DNA from: a virus
Lineage: Duplodnaviria > Caudoviricetes
Virus record (IMG/VR): IMGVR_UViG_3300035562_000119
Location: 1-41,742 of that record
Strand: one strand, 5' to 3'
Length of the DNA: 41,742 nucleotides
Positions 17,870-25,006 of this stretch are shown here, piece by piece (the stretch's first letter is position 1; each line of letters opens with the position of its first letter). A model generated the notes under the pieces. The model was not told where the DNA came from. It saw only the letters and a list, made by a program, of their open reading frames with translations, and made no database searches. The position numbers were made by a program, and so were the translations under genes.

Positions 17870-18352
17870 GAAGACGAATTTATTATCCATGATTTCGACG
17901 CAAGCGGAGGCCAATATATTAGAATTAATTTCTCCCTTTACGAAATGCTGATGATTATCATAAAGGAATGCCCATCCATCTTTCACTGCTTTATTTTTAT
18001 CAAGAAGCCCCTCAGTAACCATCCACGCATTATAGCAGGCGTTGAATTTATCAATTAGCTCAGAAATCTTCGCTTGGTTTGCGATTATGTCTTTTTGACC
18101 ATTCAACTTTTCCGGTAGATGAAGCAGCGCATAACAATATTGTGAAATTGCCACTTTGAATGCCAGCTTGACCTTCAGTTCGTCTTGTTTTTTCCAACGA
18201 ACCATCGCCCAACCAGCAACGATTACTGCCATTGTCGTAAAAATCGCAGATACTGAGGCCCACACATTTGCCCAATGCGCATGTGTGATGCCCCACCAAA
18301 TGCGCCCCCATTCACAGGCTAAAATCATTTCCCAAACAGCCGCTATGTTCAT
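17864..18352 (-). CDS. Hypothetical membrane-anchored protein (AT-rich moron)
   Basis: AGGAG RBS; TM segment WASVSAIFTTMAVIVAGWAMVRW followed by a helical soluble domain. Confidence 0.7.
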   Translation of the reverse strand: MNIAAVWEMILACEWGRIWWGITHAHWANVWASVSAIFTTMAVIVAGWAMVRWKKQDELKVKLAFKVAISQYCYALLHLPEKLNGQKDIIANQAKISELIDKFNACYNAWMVTEGLLDKNKAVKDGWAFLYDNHQHFVKGEINSNILASACVEIMDNKFVFK

Positions 18353-18376
18353 CAATATCTCCTTGAGTTAAGGAGA

Positions 18377-18994
18377 CTATTCTACCCTAGTAAATGCATA
18401 ACTGCCGATTCCCTCGCGTCCAAGCTGCGTTTCGACCCGGTTAACTTCCATCAACGCGAACCCCTGTTTTGCAAACCAGCCTACGAGCCCGTCGTGAGTC
18501 CAGTACCAGATATGCTCATCCCGGCGGAAGTGGCGAGACTGTAGTACGTGCTCCGCTCCGGTAAATATCGGTACCGACACGAATACCCATTTTTCTGCAT
18601 GCCCCACGGCGACGTCCGGCCTGTCTATGTGCTCCAGACTGTCCCAGAACGTCAACGCCGGGTAGCGGTCGCGGTACAGATTGGCCCATGCGCCGCGCTT
18701 TTTCAACCACTCCACACCAGCAGGGTTTACGTCGTAGCCCTTTGTGTCAGGCCGTGCTTCAACGAATTGCCCCGCGCCAATGCCGACGTCAACAACGGTA
18801 CCGCTGTAGTGCCGTGCCACCAGCCGTATTCTTGATGCCGTCAGTTCGTGACCGAGAGGCGTGTCAGCCAGCTGCTGGTACCGCGCAAAATAGTCCTGGT
18901 CGTATGGCCTGTCTTTCGGTACCGGATAGCGCCCCATTCCCAGCTCTGGCAGCCAGACAAGGCCATGCTTGATGTGTTCAGAGAACTGTTTCAT
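18377..18994 (-). CDS. Class I SAM-dependent methyltransferase (glycan/small-molecule type)
   Basis: YDQDYF, VVDVGIGAG (motif I), GYDVNP, FWDSLEHI, HIWYW; no DPPY/NPPF or PC DNA-methylase motif. Confidence 0.85.
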   Translation of the reverse strand: MKQFSEHIKHGLVWLPELGMGRYPVPKDRPYDQDYFARYQQLADTPLGHELTASRIRLVARHYSGTVVDVGIGAGQFVEARPDTKGYDVNPAGVEWLKKRGAWANLYRDRYPALTFWDSLEHIDRPDVAVGHAEKWVFVSVPIFTGAEHVLQSRHFRRDEHIWYWTHDGLVGWFAKQGFALMEVNRVETQLGREGIGSYAFTRVE

Positions 18995-19899
18995 GCAGCC
19001 CTCCGGCTACGCGCAGCGTTGTAGGTGTTCTCGATGAAACCGTGCACCTTCTCCTGTAGGCGGCTTATCGCCTTGTCGCAGTCATGGACCATTTCCTGAC
19101 AGCTGCAGTAATTATCCGGGTAGATGAACAACGCCCGGGATAAGTCCATGCACCGTGGATCCGTGACCTTCAGATGGTGGTTATTGCCGCCGTTTCCACC
19201 ACCGAGGCAAATCATCGGTCTTTCGTACGCCAGCGCCGCATGCATGATGACGCATGGCCCGGTCAGCACAATGTCGGCGCTCTCCACCAGCGCCAGCATT
19301 TGCCAGATGGTGAGTTCACCGCAGTGAAATTTTTGGTGTGCGAACGGCTCGCCATCGGGGATCCATTCCTGGCCTTCCTGCACGTCAGCCACGCTGATAA
19401 CGTGAAATCCGCGAATGGCGAGCTGGCGGGCGACATCATCAATATACTGGTTCAGCGGCCCACGGCTGGCGTTATGCCATTCGGTCCGCTCGGTGGTAGG
19501 ACGGATAACTGCCACCGGCTTACCGTCCGGCGTACGGATCCCGGCAGGTTTATATCGTGGTAAATCCAAACGGGCCGGACGGGTACCAAACTGCTGTTCC
19601 ATCGCGGCGAAGATGCTGCCCTGCTGCAGGTGCCCATTTCCGTAGAAAATGCGGCTGCGTGGGATGCCTGGCGGTTCCGGTTCAAATCGAACCAGAGAGT
19701 GCTGCTCGCTTTTTTGCTGCGTACGCAACGGCGAGTTCGCATGCACAAAGTGCACATTCGGGATACCGAGATAAATTTCCGGCAGCGGCGTTTTCAGCCA
19801 GATTTCATGGCCTTTCTCCACCAGCGCCTTCACGAAGCAGCGCTGGTTGATGTTATCGCCGATGCCATGCATCCCATCAAAGTAGATTTTTTCAGGCAT
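18991..19899 (-). CDS. Glycosyltransferase, GT9 (ADP-heptose:LPS heptosyltransferase-like) GT-B fold
   Basis: N-terminal HGIGD; C-terminal LTIWQMLALVESADIVLT...MHAALAYERPMICLGG; Cys-rich tail CSC..HDC. Confidence 0.78.
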   Translation of the reverse strand: MPEKIYFDGMHGIGDNINQRCFVKALVEKGHEIWLKTPLPEIYLGIPNVHFVHANSPLRTQQKSEQHSLVRFEPEPPGIPRSRIFYGNGHLQQGSIFAAMEQQFGTRPARLDLPRYKPAGIRTPDGKPVAVIRPTTERTEWHNASRGPLNQYIDDVARQLAIRGFHVISVADVQEGQEWIPDGEPFAHQKFHCGELTIWQMLALVESADIVLTGPCVIMHAALAYERPMICLGGGNGGNNHHLKVTDPRCMDLSRALFIYPDNYCSCQEMVHDCDKAISRLQEKVHGFIENTYNAARSRRAA

Positions 19900-20437
19900 T
19901 AAGTGCCGCCTCAAAGGTTGAGCGTGGAAAACAGGTCAGCGCGGTATGCCGCGAAGCGTTGATGATTCGAACGCCGGGCAGCAGGCCAACCAGTGAAGAG
20001 AAATCGTCGTGCCAGCGCCCTACTTCTCGCGGTACCGGATTATGCATCGTTGCCGGATGCCGACCGTGCCAGTGGGCACCGTTCGCCAGTGTGCAGTCGT
20101 AACCGAGGAGAATGACCCGGTCAGCGCCAAGGTGGGCAGCGAGTTGAATAGCCCGCTGGCCGGAGTTAAAAGGCCCGCTATCGGACGGTCGGAAAATTTG
20201 CACATCGAATCTGTCGCTGGCCCGCTGGCTTTGTGTCCACAGCTGCGCCGTGGCGCTGACGGCGTCACGGTAGTGATTCCACCAGTCATAATCGGCAGCA
20301 AAGATGTGCTGGCAATCCGGCACCGCCAGCCAGCTCGAGTTAACGGCGATAATCGGCAGCCCGGAGCGACTGGCCTGGGCGCAATCCTCCTTCGTCAGCG
20401 ACGGGCCGCTGGCGATGCAGATGAAAGTTTGAGTCAT
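19892..20437 (-). CDS. Maf/CstII/DUF115-like glycosyltransferase-fold protein
   Basis: FICIASGPSL, IIAVN, IFAAD, NSG..AIQLAAHLGADRVILLGYDC, HWH, IINAS: the motif series of CMP-sugar transferase/MptE-like proteins. Confidence 0.72.
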   Translation of the reverse strand: MTQTFICIASGPSLTKEDCAQASRSGLPIIAVNSSWLAVPDCQHIFAADYDWWNHYRDAVSATAQLWTQSQRASDRFDVQIFRPSDSGPFNSGQRAIQLAAHLGADRVILLGYDCTLANGAHWHGRHPATMHNPVPREVGRWHDDFSSLVGLLPGVRIINASRHTALTCFPRSTFEAALNA

Positions 20438-20457
20438 TGGAGTCTTCAGGGGGGTTA

Positions 20458-20495
20458 GCATTATCGCAGGCACTCGGCGAATGCCTGCTGTAATA
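20458..20495. promoter_or_regulatory. Stem-loop of the type found downstream of Rz in lambdoid late operons
   Basis: ATTATCGCAGGCACTC-GGC-GAATGCCTGCTGTAAT imperfect inverted repeat. Confidence 0.55.
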
Positions 20496-20498
20496 CTG

Positions 20499-21104
20499 TT
20501 ACTTGCACAAATCAGTCAGATCTTCAAAACTAACTACGGAGGTCACATAGTTGACATCGATTCTGAACTCTTTAACGGGGGATTTTCCGCTCAAATCCAA
20601 AGTCAATACCTTGCCTTTTCTGGTGAGCAACGAAGGAACAATCGACTTGATCCATAATTCACCCAATGAGTCTGTAGAGAAAAACGCGTAATCGATCAGC
20701 ACAATGTCGTATTCACGCCCACGACCGGCCAACAGATTTACGCCACTCCAGAAATCAACCCGAGTACCATTTTTCAATCGAAGGCGTCCGCTACTCACAG
20801 AACTTTGCTCAATATCTGTTTTCAGGGAGACTTTCAGACGAAGATGTAAATTTTCGCTATCGTCATCTGATGCAGAGAAAATGCCGACACGAAAATCATT
20901 GGGTTTCGCATCGTCATCTTTATTTTTTCCTTCCAGAGCGAAAAACGCTGATGCAACAATTCGTCCCAAGCGTTCGGCCTTGTCGATATCGGCTTTTTCA
21001 TTGCCTTGAGGAAGTACGCAGGGCCTAATCTGTTCGGCAATCATGACCTCCAGTGCCCTGGCCGCATGTTCTTTAGAGCTTTGCGACAAATCATTAAATT
21101 TCAT
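20499..21104 (-). CDS. Protein containing a diverged fragment of the TerL ATPase domain
   Basis: Residues ~73-164 align with TerL 65-159 of this window (VGIF...GRxRLKNG..DFW...LAGRGREYD...W.KSI.P.LLTR.G); ATGA overlap with the Rz stop. Confidence 0.8.
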   Translation of the reverse strand: MKFNDLSQSSKEHAARALEVMIAEQIRPCVLPQGNEKADIDKAERLGRIVASAFFALEGKNKDDDAKPNDFRVGIFSASDDDSENLHLRLKVSLKTDIEQSSVSSGRLRLKNGTRVDFWSGVNLLAGRGREYDIVLIDYAFFSTDSLGELWIKSIVPSLLTRKGKVLTLDLSGKSPVKEFRIDVNYVTSVVSFEDLTDLCK

Positions 21105-21631
21105 TTTTTCTCCGATTGAGCTGTCACTTTGTCGTAGGTTCGCTCGCAGGTGCTGCCGGCGACATAACGCTCATCAGCCTCTTTTGCGAATTTTCCCGCC
21201 AGATCGTCAGCTTCGCCGAGCAGCTGGGCGAGCAGTATTCCGGCCTGGGCTTTTGCCGCGCTTGCTGCTGCAACTGCGGAAAGGCGGCCGGTTTCACTTC
21301 TTGCGAGTTGCCGCTGTATTTCGGTGAGCTGCCGCTGCAGCCCGTCACCAGCACGCTGAGCAGCGTCAGCATCAGCCTGCACTTTTGCCAGTTCTTCGTT
21401 AGCACGTTTCTGCTCCTCATCCGCAGCTCGCTGGCGGCGCTGTTCTTCGGCGCGGTTGGCGACTTCCTGATGCAGGGTAGCGGTTGAATCTGCCAGATCG
21501 CGCTGCAACCACAGTCCCCGCCATTCGGCATCCTTCGAATCAGCCCCGGCGTCATACGTCTTCCATAACAAAAAAGCCACCAGCAGTGTCACCGCCAGTG
21601 GCTTCCAGTATTTTTGGACGAAAAGGAGCAT
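21101..21631 (-). CDS. Rz: i-spanin (Rz-like, DUF2514 type)
   Basis: N-terminal TM helix, long Ala/Gln coiled-coil, C-terminal GSTCERTYD; directly after the endolysin. Confidence 0.85.
   Translation of the reverse strand: MLLFVQKYWKPLAVTLLVAFLLWKTYDAGADSKDAEWRGLWLQRDLADSTATLHQEVANRAEEQRRQRAADEEQKRANEELAKVQADADAAQRAGDGLQRQLTEIQRQLARSETGRLSAVAAASAAKAQAGILLAQLLGEADDLAGKFAKEADERYVAGSTCERTYDKVTAQSEKK
21124..21405 (-). CDS. Rz1: o-spanin lipoprotein embedded in Rz (alternate frame)
   Basis: GAGGAG RBS 7 nt before GTG; signal peptide ending in lipobox LVTG/C; Pro-rich mature part with CSPSC. Confidence 0.75.
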   Translation of the reverse strand: MLTKNWQKCRLMLTLLSVLVTGCSGSSPKYSGNSQEVKPAAFPQLQQQARQKPRPEYCSPSCSAKLTIWRENSQKRLMSVMSPAAPASEPTTK

Positions 21632-21632
21632 A

Positions 21633-22121
21633 TCAGGCCACCGTACCACCAGCGGCCTTGTACCTGGCAATCAGGTCATCCATGCTGTGCTCGCGCTGGC
21701 CATACCCGGCACCCGGGAGGGATGCCCAGATATTCCGGCATTTGCTTACCGCTGATGCGATGTTACCCGCCTCGATATCCGGCAGCGCCTTGCGCTCCTT
21801 GATAAGCTGAATCGCCCATTTGTCCTGAGACTCGGGGCCGAAGTCCGGCAGCCCCAGCTGCGCTTTGTAATGTGCCCAATCCTTCAGCATGAACTGATAG
21901 CGCCCGGAGGCGTTCGAGGTCAGCCCCTTGCTGTTAATCTGCTTAGATGGGCGGCCTTTGTTGAAGGGGTGATCTGAAAAATCCGTGAAAATTTCCGGCT
22001 TACCATCAACGCCGGTGACGATCACGTCGTAACCGTTGCACTTCGTCGCCGGGCTGGTTGATGTCCCCTCCGACCATGCCAGGGTGTCGAGAAATGCCTG
22101 GAGGTTTTTGCTGATTTGCAT
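21633..22121 (-). CDS. Endolysin, lambda R-like transglycosylase (GH104)
   Basis: AFLDTLAWSEGT, ASGRYQF, DFGPESQD, IWASLPGAGYGQRE. Confidence 0.95.
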   Translation of the reverse strand: MQISKNLQAFLDTLAWSEGTSTSPATKCNGYDVIVTGVDGKPEIFTDFSDHPFNKGRPSKQINSKGLTSNASGRYQFMLKDWAHYKAQLGLPDFGPESQDKWAIQLIKERKALPDIEAGNIASAVSKCRNIWASLPGAGYGQREHSMDDLIARYKAAGGTVA

Positions 22122-22125
22122 TGTG

Positions 22126-22407
22126 TTACCTCGTTGATTTGAAGATGCGCATTGCATTACCGCGAGCCTGAACAACGGCAATGCAGAGAACTATGTTGAT
22201 CACCGTTTCCGCCGGGTTTGCCGTCGCATATTTCCCTGTAACAATCAGGATGGTGATGGAGCCACACGCGATCATCAGAACCAGGGCAAACACAGCCCCG
22301 AGGAGCTTGTGCTTTGCGCCCCGGCGCTGGAATGTCCCGAGGCTTGTAGCGATCACCGCGCAGGCCAACGCGTTAGCAATCAGAAGCAGCTCATTTACCG
22401 TTACCAT
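22126..22407 (-). CDS. Holin (three-TM, DUF754-like)
   Basis: Three hydrophobic segments, FQRRGAKH loop, ARGN near the C-terminus; upstream of the endolysin. Confidence 0.75.
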   Translation of the reverse strand: MVTVNELLLIANALACAVIATSLGTFQRRGAKHKLLGAVFALVLMIACGSITILIVTGKYATANPAETVINIVLCIAVVQARGNAMRIFKSTR

Positions 22408-22792
22408 CACCACCTCCCGAGAGCAGACGTCTCAAGATTGTTGGAATGTCGATTTTTTTGACGGAAAGGAGGAAGCAGACGCCCAGAGCTGCGGCGACGG
22501 TCGCGCCTATAGACTGGCCGATGGCAATCCCGCCGGGCAGAAACTTGCCGATGAGAAGATTCAAAATGTCCGTAGATACGCCAGCTGCGAGGATCCCTAT
22601 CAAAAATGAGGCAACGAAATACCCCACCTGTGCCAGCCTGCTTAACTCAGTAGACGAAAGTACATAGACCACAGCGCCCGCGAACGCCCCAACGTATACG
22701 CCTGCATCCGTGCCCGAAAACAGGCTCGCAAATGTCACGCTTGTCAGAGTTAACGTCGTGGCGGCGGTCCCGGAAACGGGGTCTCCCACCAT
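22391..22792 (-). CDS. Putative holin / antiholin
   Basis: M.GDPVSG start, GVYVGAFAGAVVYV, several TM helices; first gene of the lysis cassette. Confidence 0.75.
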   Translation of the reverse strand: MVGDPVSGTAATTLTLTSVTFASLFSGTDAGVYVGAFAGAVVYVLSSTELSRLAQVGYFVASFLIGILAAGVSTDILNLLIGKFLPGGIAIGQSIGATVAAALGVCFLLSVKKIDIPTILRRLLSGGGDGNGK

Positions 22793-22960
22793 CGCTCTTT
22801 TCTCCTGGTAATTTGATCCCGTCGTATGGCGGGGAAAGAAGCAGGCCGTCAGAAGGATGATAACGACGAAGCACTGAAGGATTTTTTCTGCGGCCTGCAA
22901 TTGGGTGGACTGCCACTGTGTCGCCAGTGGTGGTTAGCGCGGAGTCAGTTACTCCAGCCC

Positions 22961-22995
22961 AAAAATGAAAAGGCCCACTCCGAAGAGTGAGCCTT
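22961..22995 (-). terminator. tR'-like terminator downstream of the late promoter
   Basis: AAGGCTCACTC-TTCG-GAGTGGGCCTT followed by TTCATTTTT. Confidence 0.8.
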
Positions 22996-23030
22996 GTGTG
23001 CACTGGATAGACTTGTCGAGCCTGTGGGGA

Positions 23031-23059
23031 AGATTAGGTCAAAATTATTCAGATATCAA
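23031..23059 (-). promoter_or_regulatory. Late promoter (pR'-like)
   Basis: -35 TTGATA, 17 nt spacer, -10 TAATCT; followed by a strong terminator and then the lysis genes. Confidence 0.7.
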
Positions 23060-23073
23060 CCTAATGGTAAATA

Positions 23074-23424
23074 TCACAGCTTATTTTTGGTAAGATAATC
23101 CTGCAGCCGGCGATCATAAAATGCCTTGCGCTCCTGCAGCCTGGCGATGAATTCATCAACTTCGTCGTCAGGTAACGCGTCAAGCAAGTCAATCACCCGC
23201 TGCTGGCGGGCTGTTAGCTCCACAGCGTTTACTTCCGGAACATCATATGGCTTATCCAAAAATCTATCAGGCATGCCATAGTCGCGTTCCAGTCTGCGCG
23301 CGGCTTTCTCACCGATGGATTTACCATTGATGACCTGGGATATGTAGCTTGAATCTTTGTCGGGGTATTTGCCATCGGCAAACCACTCCTTCAAGCGGCG
23401 TCTTCTGATTTCTTTTTCGTCCAT
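23074..23424 (-). CDS. Phage repressor (CI-like HTH, no peptidase domain)
   Basis: RRRRLKEW...SYISQVING.SIGEKAARRLE...FLD HTH; divergent from cro. Confidence 0.85.
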   Translation of the reverse strand: MDEKEIRRRRLKEWFADGKYPDKDSSYISQVINGKSIGEKAARRLERDYGMPDRFLDKPYDVPEVNAVELTARQQRVIDLLDALPDDEVDEFIARLQERKAFYDRRLQDYLTKNKL

Positions 23425-23520
23425 ATAGCAATTTTAATTAGCATTAAATAAAGAGGCAATCCATTTACTTATTAACCAAAACTAACTAAAATTAATTACC
23501 AAATAAGCAAAGGAGTATTT

Positions 23521-23781
23521 ATGCAGTTACAGAACTATGTTGCCTCACTAGACCGGGGTGGTGTTTCCAAACTGGCTGTCCAGCTTGGTGTTACCGTCTC
23601 GTTTCTTTCTCAGATGTCCTCTGGCTATACGCGGATCCCACCTTCCCGTGCACTAGCCATCGAAAAAGCGACAAATGGTCTCGTTACCCGGCGGGAGTTG
23701 CTGCCTAATGATTGGCAGCGCTACTGGCTTGAAGAGGAGCTTGATTTTACCGCCAAGAGAAGGTCGGAGGTTGAACAATGA
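23521..23781 (+). CDS. Cro-like regulator (YdaS family)
   Basis: KLAVQLGVTVSFLSQM HTH; AIEKATNGLVTRRELLP.DW..YW signature. Confidence 0.88.
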   Translation: MQLQNYVASLDRGGVSKLAVQLGVTVSFLSQMSSGYTRIPPSRALAIEKATNGLVTRRELLPNDWQRYWLEEELDFTAKRRSEVEQ

Positions 23782-24266
23782 AAATCACCCCTCCATTGCC
23801 GCTGCTTTGCTCTGCGCTGAATGAATGGTCCCGAGGGATCACTCAGTTCGGAGCAACTCAGCGCATCACCAAAGCGTATTACGAACTCGGGATGTCCTCT
23901 CCACCAGATTTGCACCCGATCGAATACTCAGACGGCACCGTCGACCATGAAGCATGGCGCAACAACAACCAGAACATTTTCCACCGTTGGCGTAAATGTC
24001 GTACCGAGGTCCAACGCGAGAAATTTCAGGCTCTTGCCCCGGCAATACTTCATGCAATGGATCCTGAAATTCGTGCAATGGTAACTGCTGGCAACAGCAT
24101 CGAATTCCTGACTTCACGGCTCCTTAAAGAGCATGCCGATGTCGTTAACGCAGCGCTACTCAACGCCCCTCTTCCTGACTTTGAGAAAGAGTGCGACGAA
24201 CTGGACAAAGCCTTGAGGGACTTCCGGCACGCATATCGCACGAAACAGCAGAGACATGACCACTGA
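23778..24266 (+). CDS. CII-like regulator (YdaT-like)
   Basis: Follows cro with ATGA overlap; QNIFHRW...LAPAILHAM...KEHADVVNAALL pattern. Confidence 0.72.
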   Translation: MKITPPLPLLCSALNEWSRGITQFGATQRITKAYYELGMSSPPDLHPIEYSDGTVDHEAWRNNNQNIFHRWRKCRTEVQREKFQALAPAILHAMDPEIRAMVTAGNSIEFLTSRLLKEHADVVNAALLNAPLPDFEKECDELDKALRDFRHAYRTKQQRHDH

Positions 24267-24292
24267 CCACCGTTTTATTTTGAGGTTTACGT

Positions 24293-25003
24293 ATGGCCCG
24301 TATTCGCACTATCAAGCCTGAATTCTGGCTCAACGAGGAGCTTTCGTTGATCTCAGAATCGGCATGCCTTTTGGCTATCGGGCTGATGAATTATTCCGAT
24401 GATGAGGGCTTTTTCAATGCAAATCCGTTGCTGATCAAAGCAGCCGTTTTTCCGATAAGGGAAACGTCCGGTACTGTTCCGGTACTGCTACAGGAACTGT
24501 ACAACTGCGGGTATATCGACTTGTTTTCATGCAGCGACGGTAAGAGTTACGGAAAAATCGTCAACTTTGGAAAACATCAGGTAATCAACAAGCCAAAAGC
24601 AAGTAAAATCAAAACATTAGCATTAATACCGTACAAGTACGGTATTGAGAATGAATTAGTACCACCTGGAAAGGAAGGGAAAGGAAAGGATCAGGGAAAG
24701 GAAGAGAGAGATCATATCGCACGCGATCTGCCTGTGGATAACTTTTCTGAGACTCTTTCCACCGAAGAAGTGCTCGATAAATTTCGTATGTATCCAGGCT
24801 GGGCGCCATTACCTGGGTTTTGCGATCGGGCATTGGACTGGGGGCACCGGCTGGACAGATTCACACCGTACAACCCTCCCCAATTGCGCCAATTTTGCGA
24901 CTACTGGATACCCGAGGACGTTCAACGTTTTCAGGAGCAGTGGGAAATGGCCTTCGCCAAAAGCCTTGAGCACCAAGCGATAAAAAAATTTAATGAGACA
25001 TGA
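24293..25003 (+). CDS. Replication initiation protein (O-like; DnaT-like C-terminus)
   Basis: MARIRTIKPEFW...DDEG...NF.KHQ N-terminus; internal iteron/purine-rich linker; LRQFCDYW...WEMAFAKSL C-terminus. Confidence 0.85.
   Translation: MARIRTIKPEFWLNEELSLISESACLLAIGLMNYSDDEGFFNANPLLIKAAVFPIRETSGTVPVLLQELYNCGYIDLFSCSDGKSYGKIVNFGKHQVINKPKASKIKTLALIPYKYGIENELVPPGKEGKGKDQGKEERDHIARDLPVDNFSETLSTEEVLDKFRMYPGWAPLPGFCDRALDWGHRLDRFTPYNPPQLRQFCDYWIPEDVQRFQEQWEMAFAKSLEHQAIKKFNET
24467..24741. promoter_or_regulatory. Probable replication origin elements inside the initiator gene
   Basis: TCCGGTACTG x2 (24467, 24478); palindrome AATACCGTAC-AA-GTACGGTATT (24625-24646); purine tract ~24668-24711; consensus DnaA box TGTGGATAA (24733-24741). 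Confidence 0.6.
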
Positions 25004-25006
25004 CCA

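Noticed and set aside
18377-20437. Classical gtrABC serotype-conversion cassette
   Set aside because: No flippase, bactoprenol GT2 or polytopic membrane transferase; the genes are soluble and in the late operon.
22793-22900. Lipoprotein-like extension (LLTAC) on the first holin
   Set aside because: An AGGAG RBS precedes ATG 22792, and this holin type begins at M.xDP; the extension lies in the late leader.
23521-24266. YdaS/YdaT as a toxin-antitoxin pair
   Set aside because: Position opposite cI and before the initiator identifies them as Cro and CII equivalents.
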